A DNA stretch of 64,000 nt from an uncultured Acidimicrobiia bacterium (GCA_963752075.1 CAVVWO010000007.1:137984-201983); one strand, 5' to 3'. Numbered from the stretch's first letter, positions 48,847-59,040 are shown. Numbers and translations: made by a program. The notes: generated from the letters alone by a model not told the origin.

Positions 48847-51594
48847 CTATTCGAGAGCGTAGGCCAGGACCTCTGCGTTGGTCATCCCCCGCCCTTCGGC
48901 TTCCATTTCTTCGAGCTCCGCCGGGGTCAAGAGCCCAGCCAGCTGTTCTTGCCCTCGCTGGTATTCCGGCCGCTCGGCGAGAGCTCGGGTGATCTCGAGT
49001 GACGCGTGCGCCTTGTCGGCGGCGGCGAGGAGACGAGCTCCCCGTTTTCCCTTTCCTGCCGATATGGCGGCCAGAGCCATTCCCTCGACCCCCCAGGCGA
49101 TCAGGGTCTCGTCTCCCAAATCCCATGCGTCGGCTAGCGCCTGGGCTGCCAAACCTTCCGCGGCCGAGTGGTGCCCCCGATGCGCGCGGACGAATGCCAG
49201 ATTGAGGAGCACCAAGATGGTGAGGGTGCGATTGCCGACTTGTCGCGACAGATTGAGCGCTGCTTCGTAGGCGAGACCCGCCGTCTCGTCGTCGCCTGAG
49301 CTTCGGGCCAGTTCGCCCAACGCGTTGAGAGCGTGGGCGGTCAAACCGGGAGCGTCGGCCGCTCGAGAGTCTTCCACCGCCTGGCGACACAGGTGGAGCG
49401 CCTCGTCCCGGTGTTCGCCATCACCCACGTACGTCAGGGCCAGGTTGTACCTCGCCTGGGCCATGACGAGCCGGTCGCCCGTCTTGCTCGCCCATCTCAG
49501 CGCCTCCTCACACAGCGCCCGAGTATCGCGACGTCCGTGATGACTGTGTGCCAGGGCGAGTGAGAGGCGAGCCCGGGCGAGTGGCTCCAAAGAGTCGAGG
49601 TGCCGGAATGCTTGCTCTTCCCAGCGCCCCAGCTCGCTCCAAGCCTCGTTCTCGCGGTGGAAGTGAAACGACCCCAGGAGGCGGGCGCCGAGGAGTGGGT
49701 CGCCTTCGCCGAAAGCCCATTCGAGGGCGGTCCGCAAGTTGTCGATCTCGGCGTTGAGGACTTCCCAGCCGTGCGAATCAGCACCGAAACGAAGACGGGG
49801 TCCGACCTCTTCAGCGAGCGCAACGAAGTAGCCGCAATGGGCTTGGCGAGTCGTCTTGGCGTCCGGCCGCCCGTCGAGTAGTTCGGACGCGTATTCGTGG
49901 ATCGTCTCCAGCATGGAGAAGCGTGGCTCTCCGTCGGGGCCAGGCTGTTGGCGGATGAGGTTCTTGTCATTGAGCGACTGGAGGCCGTCCAACACGTCCA
50001 GCGGGCATCCTGGGCCTCCGACAGCCTCCGCAGCCTCGGTGGAGAAGCCGCCGTCGAACACCGCCAGGGAAACAAAGAGCTGTTGGAGTGAGGCGTCGAG
50101 GAGGTCGTAGCTCCAGTCGATGGTGGTCCTCAGCGTCTGTTGACGGCTGGGCAGGTCCTTGGGGCCGCCTTTGAGGGTGGCGGTCCCCGACCTGAGTCGT
50201 CCCCGGAGCGTGACGGGAGGCAGCACATCCACCCCGGCCGCCGCCAGTTCGATTGCCAACGGGAGGCAATCGAGATCCCGACAGATTGCCGCTACCTGCT
50301 CTTGGTCGTCGCAGTCGATGGTGAAGTCCGGTCGTACGGCTTTGGCGCGCTCGAGGAACAAGGAGGTGGCGTCGGACAGCTGAAGCGGCGGGACCGGGTA
50401 GAGGTATTCTCCTGACAGGTGGAGCCGTTCCCGACTGGTTGCCAGGATCCGGAGTCCAGGTGCGGCATTAAGGAGCTGCGAAATCGCCGGAGCCGATTCG
50501 ATGACCCGCTCGAACGTGTTCAACACAAGGAGCGTCTTCTGCTGCTTCAGGGTGTCACACAGTCGCTCGACGGCATCGCTGTCCGACGAGTATGGGATGC
50601 CGAGCCGATCCGCGATCGCAGGCGGGACTGCGGCCGGGGTCCGGATCCGCCCCAGTTCCACGAGCCACACTCCATCCGGGTAGTCGCGAAGCACACTTCT
50701 GGCCAGTTCCAACGCGAGGCGGGACTTGCCCGACCCACCCACCCCCGTGATCGTCACCAGCCGATGACGAGCCAGCAACCGTCCGACGTCGATCAACTCA
50801 ATCTCTCTCCCCACGAAGTTGGTCATGGGAGCAGGGAGGTTGTGCGGAGTCACCAACACCAAATCGAGGATGGGGTCCTGCAGGAGGATCCGTTCCTCCA
50901 GTAGGCGCAGCTCCGGGGATGGCGTGATCCCCAGGCTTTCGCCCAGCAGGTCACGGAGTTCTTGGTACGCGGCCAACGCCTCTGCCTGGCGAGAGTCCCG
51001 GTAGAGGGCAAGCATCAACAGCGCCCAGAGGCGCTCCCGCAAGGGGTGCCTATGGCACAGTTCGTACAGCCCTCCGATGGCCTGGCGATGATGGCCGAGG
51101 GTGAGCTGTGCCTCGCTCCATTCTTCGAGGGCAGCCACTCTGCTCTCGGCCAGGCGGTCCGCCTCGCTGCAAACGGCTGGGACGTCCACGCCCTGATAGG
51201 GGCCACCCTTCCAGCGGGCGAGGGCCCGCCGGAAGATCTCCTCGGCACGACGGGGCTCTGCGACCACCGCGGCTCGAGCCGTCTCAATCTCCTCTTCGAA
51301 GAGATCGGCGTCGAGTTCTCCCGCCTCGACGAGGAGGCGGTAGCCGTCGCCCTCCCGTGCCACCCGGTCGGAACCCAGGATGCGTCGGAGGCTCGAAACG
51401 TACACATGCAACGAATCGCGAGCATCGGCCGGCGTCGAATCGAGCCAGACCTCCTCGATCAGCCGGTCGACGGGGACAACGCGGTTGGCGCTTGCCAGCA
51501 GCATCGCCAGTACGGCCTGTTGACGGGGCCCGCCCAGGGGCAACGACTGATCGTCGCGGACGACTTCCACCGGCCCAAGCACAGTGAACTCCAC
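48847..51594 (-). CDS. AfsR/SARP-family regulator (winged-helix + BTAD + NB-ARC ATPase + TPR)
   Basis: The N-terminus is MEFTVLGPVEVVRDDQSLPLGGPRQQAVLAMLLASANRVVPVDRLIEEVW. It also has a BTAD helical region, the P-loop TGVGGSGKSRLA and C-terminal TPR-like repeats. Confidence 0.9.
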   Translation of the reverse strand: MEFTVLGPVEVVRDDQSLPLGGPRQQAVLAMLLASANRVVPVDRLIEEVWLDSTPADARDSLHVYVSSLRRILGSDRVAREGDGYRLLVEAGELDADLFEEEIETARAAVVAEPRRAEEIFRRALARWKGGPYQGVDVPAVCSEADRLAESRVAALEEWSEAQLTLGHHRQAIGGLYELCHRHPLRERLWALLMLALYRDSRQAEALAAYQELRDLLGESLGITPSPELRLLEERILLQDPILDLVLVTPHNLPAPMTNFVGREIELIDVGRLLARHRLVTITGVGGSGKSRLALELARSVLRDYPDGVWLVELGRIRTPAAVPPAIADRLGIPYSSDSDAVERLCDTLKQQKTLLVLNTFERVIESAPAISQLLNAAPGLRILATSRERLHLSGEYLYPVPPLQLSDATSLFLERAKAVRPDFTIDCDDQEQVAAICRDLDCLPLAIELAAAGVDVLPPVTLRGRLRSGTATLKGGPKDLPSRQQTLRTTIDWSYDLLDASLQQLFVSLAVFDGGFSTEAAEAVGGPGCPLDVLDGLQSLNDKNLIRQQPGPDGEPRFSMLETIHEYASELLDGRPDAKTTRQAHCGYFVALAEEVGPRLRFGADSHGWEVLNAEIDNLRTALEWAFGEGDPLLGARLLGSFHFHRENEAWSELGRWEEQAFRHLDSLEPLARARLSLALAHSHHGRRDTRALCEEALRWASKTGDRLVMAQARYNLALTYVGDGEHRDEALHLCRQAVEDSRAADAPGLTAHALNALGELARSSGDDETAGLAYEAALNLSRQVGNRTLTILVLLNLAFVRAHRGHHSAAEGLAAQALADAWDLGDETLIAWGVEGMALAAISAGKGKRGARLLAAADKAHASLEITRALAERPEYQRGQEQLAGLLTPAELEEMEAEGRGMTNAEVLAYALE

Positions 51595-51724
51595 ACCTCG
51601 ATTGTATGCGATGTCGGGCCCCCTGTCCCGATCGATCGCCTCTTTGGCGGGTCTTCAACGAGCTCTCAGTCACACCTTTCATACTGAAAGGGACGGTGGC
51701 GTTTCTCGAGGGAGAGGAGCGAAC

Positions 51725-51925
51725 ATGGACATCCTGATCAAGGACTATCACGACAATAGGATGAGAGAACTGCAGCGCACGGCGGCCGCCGAGCGCCTCG
51801 CTGGCGAGTTCATCGAGGAGGGGCGGGGACGATTCCGGTCCCGGCTGCGTGACGCCCGTCACCCAACCAGGTCGCGAGGGAGGAACCCCCGTCCGAGCCG
51901 ATCACGCCATGCAGTGCAGATGTGA
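51725..51925 (+). CDS. Small hypothetical protein divergent from the SARP gene
   Basis: A GGAGAGGAG RBS precedes ATG 51725. The sequence is MDILIKDYHDNRMRELQRTAAAERLAGEF followed by a basic tail. Support is weak. Confidence 0.3.
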   Translation: MDILIKDYHDNRMRELQRTAAAERLAGEFIEEGRGRFRSRLRDARHPTRSRGRNPRPSRSRHAVQM

Positions 51926-52014
51926 TCCCTTCGAGGCGCAGAGCCGAAACAAGGGAACCTGAGTTCTCGTGAGCAAAGACGGTGCCCGCCGCTTCCTGCT
52001 CAGCCAGCGAGTGG

Positions 52015-52220
52015 TCTTCCGCCGTGACATTGCGGCCGTGACATTGCGGCCGTGGCATTGCGGTCGCCCCGCCACGCCCAAATCATGCTTCGGCATGACC
52101 TGAACTACCTGGGTTGTCCTCTTCTTCCGGGCAATCGTTGTACGTGCGGAGCGCTTCGCAGGCATTCGACGAAGATGGGAATCTCGACCAGCCGACGGGC
52201 GAGCGCTTGGCCAAGCTCGC
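52015..52220 (+). pseudogene. 3' remnant of a second FMN-reductase gene (paralogous to 48427-48590)
   Basis: About 150 nt are visibly near-identical to the 3' part of 48071..48625. Compare CATGCTTCGGCAT.ACCTGAACTAC.TGGGTTGTCCTCTTCTTCCGGG(A)CAATCGTTGTACGTGC...GCAGGCATTCGACGAAG.TGGGAATCTCGACCAGCCGACG.GCGAGCGCTTGGCCAAG. The remnant has a 1-nt deletion and no 5' half. Confidence 0.65.
52021..52062 (+). repeat. 14-bp tandem repeat x3
   Basis: The copies are GCCGTGACATTGCG, GCCGTGACATTGCG and GCCGTGGCATTGCG. The array lies at the 5' edge of the FMN-reductase gene remnant. Confidence 0.8.
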
Positions 52221-52285
52221 ATCCGGCCGCCTGGCTCGATCGGAGTCCTGTCGGGCTCATGGCCCGGTCGCCAGGCCAACGCGGG

Positions 52286-53653
52286 TCACCCGGGTAGCTC
52301 GATGACAAGGAGCACCACCTCGCCGAAGCCGCCCTCTGTCGAGAGCGGGGCGGCATTCATCCCAAGGTAGAGGGTGCGGCCGTCGGGGCTGATCGCCAGG
52401 TTGTAGGTTCCGCCGAGGCGGACGCCCAATACCTCTTCGGCGGCATCGTTCAATGCCACCACCACCCGCTGTTCACCGGTGGCGGTGTCCATGGCCATGA
52501 GCGGCCCACCGCGCATGTAACTTCCTCCGTGCGCATACGGGGCGAAATAGACCGTCTCTCCGGTCGGGTCAACCACCATCGACGCCACATAGCCCGGCGC
52601 CGGACCGAGCTCTGTCACTCGTCCGGCCGATGTCATGGAGAAGAAGGCGTCAGGCTCCCGGGTGACCGCATAGATCGTTCCGTCCGGGGCGGGTGCCGTG
52701 GCTGCCCGGAGCCAGCCCCCCGGCAGCGTGCCGGGATAGTCGGTGACTGCGTTGGTGGACGGGTCGTAGACGGCCAGCTTCTGTTCGCCCTTTGAGAAGT
52801 AGGCCCGTCCGTCTTCGTCGACTGCCATTGCCCGAAATCCGACGTGGCCGGTCGTGGCATCGGTGAACACGACCTTCCCCGCTGTGAGGTCGAAGACGAC
52901 GAACTCCCCTTGGTTGGGAGAGGATTTGGGGTCGACCGCCTCGGCGAACACCAACCCATTCGATGGGGATGAGGCGAGAGAGGGGATGCCCCTATGGCTG
53001 TAGACGACTCCGAGGTCCTCGACGGTCTCCGCGATCGGTTCGATCCGAAAGATCCGGTCTCCCTGATATGTGTCGGTATAGGCGAGACCGTTGCGACTAC
53101 CCCAGTAGGTGGCGAAGTACACGTCGTCGCACGGTCCGGCGACCATCTGGGCGTGCACCTTGCCAAATCCCCATTCCCCGGCAACGTGGTCGATTTGGGA
53201 GCGCACATCGATGATCTGCCGAAGCTCGGAGGTGGCAGGGTCGAACTCGTAGACGAAGGAGTTGCCGTCCGGCCCGAGATGGTCGCCTATGGCCGAGAGG
53301 TACCTGCCGTCTGCGAGAGCGATGCCCTGGCCCCATTGCGACCACGGGTTGCCCTTGTAGTCGGGATGGGGATACACCACTCCCTTCACGAGAACGCCGT
53401 CTTCTTCCATCAGCACCTCGAGCTTCGCCATTGCGGTGGTCTGCCACGGCGTGCCGCCGCTGCCCTCACATTCAGGCTTCGGGTGCTCGACGACGGTCGG
53501 AACACTGGTGACCGGGACGGGTTGGGTCGCCAACGAGGGAGTCTCCGGAGAACCCCCAGGCGAGGGGGGAGGGCCGCCGGTCGTGCAGGAAACCACAAGC
53601 ACGGCCACGACCAGGGTCGCTCCGATTCGGTGTCTCGCAGGTGCGTTCACCAT
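52286..53653 (-). CDS. Putative lipoprotein, beta-propeller-like
   Basis: A GGGGGTGGA RBS precedes ATG 53653. The signal peptide ends in a lipobox (LVVAVLVVSCTTG), followed by a P/S-rich linker and repeated beta-strand-rich segments. Confidence 0.6.
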   Translation of the reverse strand: MVNAPARHRIGATLVVAVLVVSCTTGGPPPSPGGSPETPSLATQPVPVTSVPTVVEHPKPECEGSGGTPWQTTAMAKLEVLMEEDGVLVKGVVYPHPDYKGNPWSQWGQGIALADGRYLSAIGDHLGPDGNSFVYEFDPATSELRQIIDVRSQIDHVAGEWGFGKVHAQMVAGPCDDVYFATYWGSRNGLAYTDTYQGDRIFRIEPIAETVEDLGVVYSHRGIPSLASSPSNGLVFAEAVDPKSSPNQGEFVVFDLTAGKVVFTDATTGHVGFRAMAVDEDGRAYFSKGEQKLAVYDPSTNAVTDYPGTLPGGWLRAATAPAPDGTIYAVTREPDAFFSMTSAGRVTELGPAPGYVASMVVDPTGETVYFAPYAHGGSYMRGGPLMAMDTATGEQRVVVALNDAAEEVLGVRLGGTYNLAISPDGRTLYLGMNAAPLSTEGGFGEVVLLVIELPG

Positions 53654-53744
53654 TCCACCCCCTTTGTTCAAGATGCTACCGGTGCGTCGGTCCGGGAGCA
53701 TCGGGAGCGCCCAACGGAGGTTCCCGGTTGGGCCCGTTCGAGGT

Positions 53745-55931
53745 CTAGGGCTCCTCGTGGGTGCGTTGGTCGACGACCTTCTGCGCTGTGGCTCGGATTC
53801 GGACGGCGGCAGCTACCGGATACCTGGCCACTATGTCGCTCACGGTCCGTTCGACGGCACTTCGCCTGCCACTGTCGACGTGCTCGCCACCGAGGTGGGC
53901 ACTCGACACCACTTCTATGACCTCATCCCACCGGAGATCGGGAAGCGGGCCTACCGCCAGTGCTCGCACGTACTCTCGAGTGGTCTCATGGGGCGCTCTT
54001 CTCCGACCTCGGATCGCTCCCGCAGCTTCGATTTGGTCAAGCACTGCCTCGGCCCACGACCGTCTACGCCGGGCGGCTCGAGCACTCCACACCTGGGTAC
54101 CGAGGACCCCGATGGCCACCACGAATCCGAGGACCCCCAGGCCGGCCACCAATGCTCCTCCGATCGAGGCGAGGAACCCGAGCCGGGAAGACAGGTAGTC
54201 CGAGAGTCCGGCCGAGGCGGTTCCCGGGTCGAAATCACCGGAGAGTGGAACCTGGGCAGTCGGGTCGAAACCCTGCCATCCCACGCCGGGGAAGTAGACC
54301 TCGGCCCAGGAATGCGCATCTCTGCCCCGCACCTCATAGAGGCCGGTGAGGGGATTCCGCTCGCCCGGCGTGAAGCCGACGACCAGACGGGCGGGTATGC
54401 CTTGAGAGCGGAGCATGACCACCAGACTGGTCCCGATCTGCTCGCAGAAACCCTGGCGCGTCTCGAAGAGATACTCGTCGACCGTGTCCTCGCCAGGCGC
54501 CAGTGGAGGGATGTCGAGCGTGTAGCTGGTGTTGGCTGCCATCCACTCCTCGATCGCCCGCACCTTGTCGAACGTGGTTGGCTGGGTCGCGGTCAGCTCC
54601 CGGGCGAGGTCGATGACCCGCTCGGGCGTGCTGGCCGGCACCTGGATGTAGCGCCGCGTTATCGCGTCCGGGATCTCGCCGAGACGATCCGCCGAGCGGA
54701 GGAGGTCGGCGGTGACGGAGGGACGAACACTCACAACCGTGTACACGGTGCCGGGCTCGAGGTCGACCCCGGCGAGGATGGTGCCGTCCGTCATCTCGAA
54801 GACGAAGCGATCGCCGAAATAGATGTCCGTCATCTGGTGTGCGCCAAAGACGATGTTCGGTCCGCGCGCCTCGAGGTAGAACGTCTGGACGAATTCTTCA
54901 CCGGGGAGGCCGGTCGTTCCTACGCTGGGCCGGACCTGGATGGGCGGGCCGCCACCGACGGTCTCGGTGCTGTCGTCGGAATTGGTCCAAGTTCTTCCAT
55001 CCCACGTGTCGAAGGTCTGTCCCTTCCAGAAGGCCGGGGCCGGTGCCCGAACCCGCATCACGAGGGTGTCGTCCGGACGGCCCCGCAGCGAGGTATCGAG
55101 CTGTTCGGCGAAACCGAAATAGCCAAACGTGTTGCGTCCACTGAAGCCACCGGCGACGGCGTCGCCTCCGACGTCGCCTCCTTCGCCCAGTGAGGGGTTG
55201 CTCAGAGAGCCGGGCGTGCCGAGGTTGGGAGATGCTGCCAGCTGGACCGGAAAGGTGAAAGCTCGACTGACTTGAGCAGCCGGAATGACTCCGAACGTGA
55301 TGGCACCCAGCACCACGATCAGAACCAACCCTCCTGCTGCGCTCCCTGGGATGCCGCGGCTGAGCGAGATGGCTCCGTCAGGACCCGTGACGTGGGGCAG
55401 GTCGTTGATGGAGCTTCGATACGCCAGCATCAAACTCACGATCAGACCAGCTCCCCACAGAGCCAGGAACGGGCCCAGGCTCAGATTGATCGAGCTGGTG
55501 GCGGTGACGGCCAGCATGACCGCCGAGGAAGCCAGTGAGAACATGAGATCACGTCGCGCCGGGACGTGCAGAGAGTGGATGATCTGCACCCACAAGAACA
55601 TCTCTGCAAGGGGCCGTTGGACGTTGACGAACCCGTTGGCAGCTGCCGCGGTGAGGTCACCCAGGAACGCCACGACCGCCGCCAGGAGGGCTACGGCCAG
55701 GAGGGCCTTGAAGCCGAGTGCGTCTGATGTCCGATGTACCCAGGATGCTACGAATCCGACCGGTATTCCGATGAGGGCCGCGGCTGCTACCCCGGGTCCG
55801 ACGAGCCCCTCCGAGAGCAATGCCGACACCGCGACCAGGACCGTGACCATGACGGCGGCGCGCACCGCCAATGATTCTTCCGGGGCAACCGCCCGGTTGG
55901 CGTCTTTGATCTTCGCCCAGGCCCCACTCAT
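53745..55931 (-). CDS. Transglutaminase-like membrane protein (TgpA-like)
   Basis: N-terminal TM helices are followed by the transglutaminase core QGFCEQIGTSLVVMLRSQGIPARLVVGF...RGRDAHSWAEVYFPGVGWQGFDPT. ATGA overlaps the DUF58 gene. The 262 upstream codons of the 990-aa ORF call are rejected. Confidence 0.85.
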   Translation of the reverse strand: MSGAWAKIKDANRAVAPEESLAVRAAVMVTVLVAVSALLSEGLVGPGVAAAALIGIPVGFVASWVHRTSDALGFKALLAVALLAAVVAFLGDLTAAAANGFVNVQRPLAEMFLWVQIIHSLHVPARRDLMFSLASSAVMLAVTATSSINLSLGPFLALWGAGLIVSLMLAYRSSINDLPHVTGPDGAISLSRGIPGSAAGGLVLIVVLGAITFGVIPAAQVSRAFTFPVQLAASPNLGTPGSLSNPSLGEGGDVGGDAVAGGFSGRNTFGYFGFAEQLDTSLRGRPDDTLVMRVRAPAPAFWKGQTFDTWDGRTWTNSDDSTETVGGGPPIQVRPSVGTTGLPGEEFVQTFYLEARGPNIVFGAHQMTDIYFGDRFVFEMTDGTILAGVDLEPGTVYTVVSVRPSVTADLLRSADRLGEIPDAITRRYIQVPASTPERVIDLARELTATQPTTFDKVRAIEEWMAANTSYTLDIPPLAPGEDTVDEYLFETRQGFCEQIGTSLVVMLRSQGIPARLVVGFTPGERNPLTGLYEVRGRDAHSWAEVYFPGVGWQGFDPTAQVPLSGDFDPGTASAGLSDYLSSRLGFLASIGGALVAGLGVLGFVVAIGVLGTQVWSARAARRRRSWAEAVLDQIEAAGAIRGRRRAPHETTREYVRALAVGPLPDLRWDEVIEVVSSAHLGGEHVDSGRRSAVERTVSDIVARYPVAAAVRIRATAQKVVDQRTHEEP

Positions 55932-56863
55932 CGGGGCCCCAGATGCACCATGGCTGCCCGCTCCGCCGAAGGCTCCACGATCACTTGACCGGGAATGGCC
56001 CTGGCCAAGCGCCGACCGGCCTCGAGCGACGATCCAACCCAGCCGGAATGCTGTCCGGCCTCTTCCATGGTGTACAGCTGGATGGGCATCCCGGATCGAA
56101 GCCCCGCTTGAACATATCCCGCCGCCAGGGAGGCGTGCCGCTCGGCGACCTCGGCGTTGCCGCGTAGGTCCACGGAGACGATCAGAGCCGGGCTCTGAGG
56201 GGATTCGAGTTCTTTCACCACCAACATATCTCGCCGGGCGGTGCTCGCCCAATGGATCATTCGCAGCGGGTCTCCGTCGCGATACTCCCGCACCGTGCGC
56301 ACGGTTTCGCCTTCCGTGTGTCGCCCTCCGACCGACGTTTCTCCTTCCCCGGACGAGGTGGCCGCCTTGGGCAGGTCGACCCGGACGGCGCGGGGTGCCA
56401 CGTCGATGGGCCGGGGAAGACTGACATTCAGGATTCGGCTCGCCCACACCAATCCCAACCCTGCAGCCGTTTCGATCTGAATCGTCACCGAGGAGATGAC
56501 GCCTCGTCGGAGCGGCTGAAGGGAGATGCCTCCTGTGGTCGGGGCAACCAAGCCGAAGACGTCCGACTCGGGGTCGAGCAGTCGGACTCGGTACCCGGCC
56601 GGAGGCCCGTCCACCGTCAGTTCCAGCTCCATTCGGCGTCCCACCATCGCGTCCGACGGACCGGCCAGTCTCACGGCGACACGCCTGACACCCAGAACGG
56701 GTCCGAGAGTTCCCCACATCAGCGTGGCCGCTCCCAGGGAGACCATGATCGTGAGCCAGCCCGACCCTGTGGTTCGTGAGGATGCCAGAAAGGAGAGGCT
56801 GAGAAGCGCCACCACGGCAGCTCCTCGCGTTGGCCGGAGGCGCACTCCTCGAAGACGGATCAT
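55928..56863 (-). CDS. DUF58 protein
   Basis: VREYRDGDPLRMIHWASTARRDMLVVKELE is the DUF58 signature. The gene sits between MoxR and the transglutaminase gene, as is typical. Confidence 0.85.
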   Translation of the reverse strand: MIRLRGVRLRPTRGAAVVALLSLSFLASSRTTGSGWLTIMVSLGAATLMWGTLGPVLGVRRVAVRLAGPSDAMVGRRMELELTVDGPPAGYRVRLLDPESDVFGLVAPTTGGISLQPLRRGVISSVTIQIETAAGLGLVWASRILNVSLPRPIDVAPRAVRVDLPKAATSSGEGETSVGGRHTEGETVRTVREYRDGDPLRMIHWASTARRDMLVVKELESPQSPALIVSVDLRGNAEVAERHASLAAGYVQAGLRSGMPIQLYTMEEAGQHSGWVGSSLEAGRRLARAIPGQVIVEPSAERAAMVHLGPR

Positions 56864-56866
56864 CGT

Positions 56867-57832
56867 CTACCCGCGGGGGGCGGGGATTTGGCCCAGAATC
56901 TGACCCACCACGGCCTGAGCTGTCCCCAACTCGGGGCCGCCGCTCAGGATGATCCGGTGAGCGAGTACGGCAGGTGCGACCGCTTTCACGTGATCGGGTG
57001 TGACGAATCGATTCCCGACCACCAGGGCAAATGCCTGCGCCACCCGCTGCAGGGCGATGCTGGCACGCGGACTGGCACCCAGGGTCACTTCGGGGTGGTC
57101 CCTCGTGGCCTGAGTCAGATCGAGGATGTACTCGGCCAAGGCTTCGTCCACGTGGACGGATCGGGCTATCCGCACCGCGCGCGCCAAGTTCTCTGGTGTG
57201 GTGACCACCTGCAAACGATGAAGTTCATCGGCCCCGCCGCGCCCTGCCAGGATCTCCCTCTCCGCGACGCGACCAGGTAGACCCAACTCGAGAACCGCCG
57301 CGAAACGGTCCCGCTGACCCTCGACGAGAGGGAAGGTCCCGGCGTGCTCGAACGGGTTCTGGGTTGCAACGAGGAAGAAGGGTGAGGGAAGCGGGTGGGT
57401 GGTTCCGTCGACGGATACCTGGTGTTCTTCCATCGACTCGAGCAGAGCCGCCTGCGTGCGCGGAGTCGCTCGGTTGATCTCATCGATGAGAACCACATTG
57501 GCGAAGAGCGGTCCCGGCCGGAATTCCCAGGTTTCGCTGGATCTGCGGTAGACCGACACTCCGGTGAGGTCGGCCGGGAGCAGATCGGGGGTGCCCTGGA
57601 CCCGCCGAAACGTGCCACCCACTGAGGTCGCCAGCGCCTTCGAGAGCAACGTCTTGCCCACGCCGGGGATGTCTTCGATGAGGAGATGACCTCCGGAGAG
57701 AAGGGTTGCGAGAGCGAGTCGAATCTGATCCGGTTTGCCTCGCACCACGGCCGAGACATTGGCAAAGAGGTGAGCGGCGAGCTGCGAGACCACCGCCACC
57801 GCTTCGGTGGCTGGGACGTGGGTGGTGGTCAT
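56867..57832 (-). CDS. MoxR-family AAA+ ATPase
   Basis: GGHLLIEDIPGVGKTLLSKALA...VVLIDEINRATPRTQAALLESMEE matches the MoxR family. Confidence 0.9.
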   Translation of the reverse strand: MTTTHVPATEAVAVVSQLAAHLFANVSAVVRGKPDQIRLALATLLSGGHLLIEDIPGVGKTLLSKALATSVGGTFRRVQGTPDLLPADLTGVSVYRRSSETWEFRPGPLFANVVLIDEINRATPRTQAALLESMEEHQVSVDGTTHPLPSPFFLVATQNPFEHAGTFPLVEGQRDRFAAVLELGLPGRVAEREILAGRGGADELHRLQVVTTPENLARAVRIARSVHVDEALAEYILDLTQATRDHPEVTLGASPRASIALQRVAQAFALVVGNRFVTPDHVKAVAPAVLAHRIILSGGPELGTAQAVVGQILGQIPAPRG

Positions 57833-57928
57833 GGGCAGATCCGGGTCATCCTTGGGTTATCGGTCGATGGACGGGCCGGACTTAGGGATTGCGTCAGCGC
57901 CCTCCGAAAGCTCGTTAGCCTCCCGCGC

Positions 57929-58789
57929 ATGGACAATCCCTCGCCGCGAGTCGGACTCACCCTCGCCGTCGTCGCTGCTCTCGTGTTCGGGGTGTCGGGA
58001 GCGGTGGCCGGTGGACTGTTCGAGGAGCTGTCGCCAACGAGGGTGACTGAGGCTCGTGCGTTCGCAATCGCCATTGCCCTGCTGCCCTACGTGATCTACA
58101 AGGGAGCGCCCCGGGTGGGTAAGGCGTGGCCGGCCCTCCTCGCCTTCGGCGCGGTTCTGGCAGGCGTCACCTTCACGTTCTATTGGGCGCTCGAAATGCT
58201 CGGCGTTGGCCCCGGCGCAACGGTGCAGTTCGTTGCCCCGGTGTTCGTTCTGCTCTGGATGCGGTTTGTCCAACATCGACCGGTGGCCCCCATCGCCTGG
58301 GCAGCCTCGGTGACTGCGGTGTCCGGGGTGGCGATGGTCACCCAGGCTTGGGAGGTGTCGTCGCTCGAACCACTGGCGGTGGCCGCCGGCCTCTCGTCTG
58401 CCGTCCTGTTCGCCGCCTACCTCTTGCTGGCCGAGCACCTCGTCCGGCACATCCCGCCGGTGGCGCTGACCGCCTACGGTTTCGGGCTCGCCTCCATCAT
58501 CTGGCTGGTAGTTGCTCCGGTGGGAGGCTTCCCGACCGACTTGTCGAACTCCGCCTGGTGGAAGCTGGGCGTGGTCCTGGTCTTCGGTGCACTGGTGCCG
58601 TTCACCCTGGAGATGGCGGCGGTGCGGACCGTAGCCTCGGGCTTGCTCGGAGTCATCGCCACCCTGGAGCCAGTGGTGGCGGGCGCGGCGGCCTGGGTGC
58701 TGCTCGGTCAGACCCTCGCTCCCATCCAGGTGGTCGGTTCCCTCCTCGTGGCCGGTTCCGTGGCAGTGATCTCACGTTTTGCCCTGTAG
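57929..58789 (+). CDS. EamA/DMT-family transporter
   Basis: There are ten hydrophobic segments in two EamA-like halves. The start is taken at MDNPSPRVGLTLAVVAALVFG. Confidence 0.8.
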   Translation: MDNPSPRVGLTLAVVAALVFGVSGAVAGGLFEELSPTRVTEARAFAIAIALLPYVIYKGAPRVGKAWPALLAFGAVLAGVTFTFYWALEMLGVGPGATVQFVAPVFVLLWMRFVQHRPVAPIAWAASVTAVSGVAMVTQAWEVSSLEPLAVAAGLSSAVLFAAYLLLAEHLVRHIPPVALTAYGFGLASIIWLVVAPVGGFPTDLSNSAWWKLGVVLVFGALVPFTLEMAAVRTVASGLLGVIATLEPVVAGAAAWVLLGQTLAPIQVVGSLLVAGSVAVISRFAL

Positions 58790-58823
58790 CTTCGGAGTAC
58801 ACTCTGGCTACAACCAAGGCCGA

Positions 58824-59040
58824 TAACCCGTACGGGAGAGTTCGAGTGGCCCAGCTGCTCGGCGCCGAAGGAGCAACCGCCCCGGAATCTCTCAGGCCTC
58901 CAGGACCGTTCGGGAAGGCATGCTGGAAAGTGGGTCGCCGCCATGAAGATGTGGAGGCGCCCTCACCGACGGGGACAAGATTGTCCGGTGTACTCCGTAC
59001 AATCGAAACTCTCAGGTTCGCAGACAGTCGGGGTCCTCGC
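58824..59040 (+). promoter_or_regulatory. Tandem glycine riboswitch upstream of gcvT
   Basis: Aptamer 1 reads CGGGAGAG...GGCGCCGAAGGAGCAACCGCCCCGGAATCTCTCAGGCCTCCAGGACCG. Aptamer 2 reads CTGGAAAG...CTCACCGACGGGGACAAG...AAACTCTCAGGTTCGCAGACAG. Both match the GGAGAG / ACCGAAGGGGCAA / CTCAGGC..GGAC consensus blocks. Boundaries are approximate. Confidence 0.75.

Noticed and set aside
53436-56424. 585-aa and 379-aa plus-strand ORFs
   Set aside because: They are antisense to the transglutaminase and DUF58 genes of the MoxR operon.
55932-56717. N-terminal 262 codons of the 990-aa ORF call
   Set aside because: This stretch overlaps the DUF58 gene in another frame and is Arg/Gly-rich. The transglutaminase protein starts at ATG 55931, which forms ATGA with the DUF58 stop.
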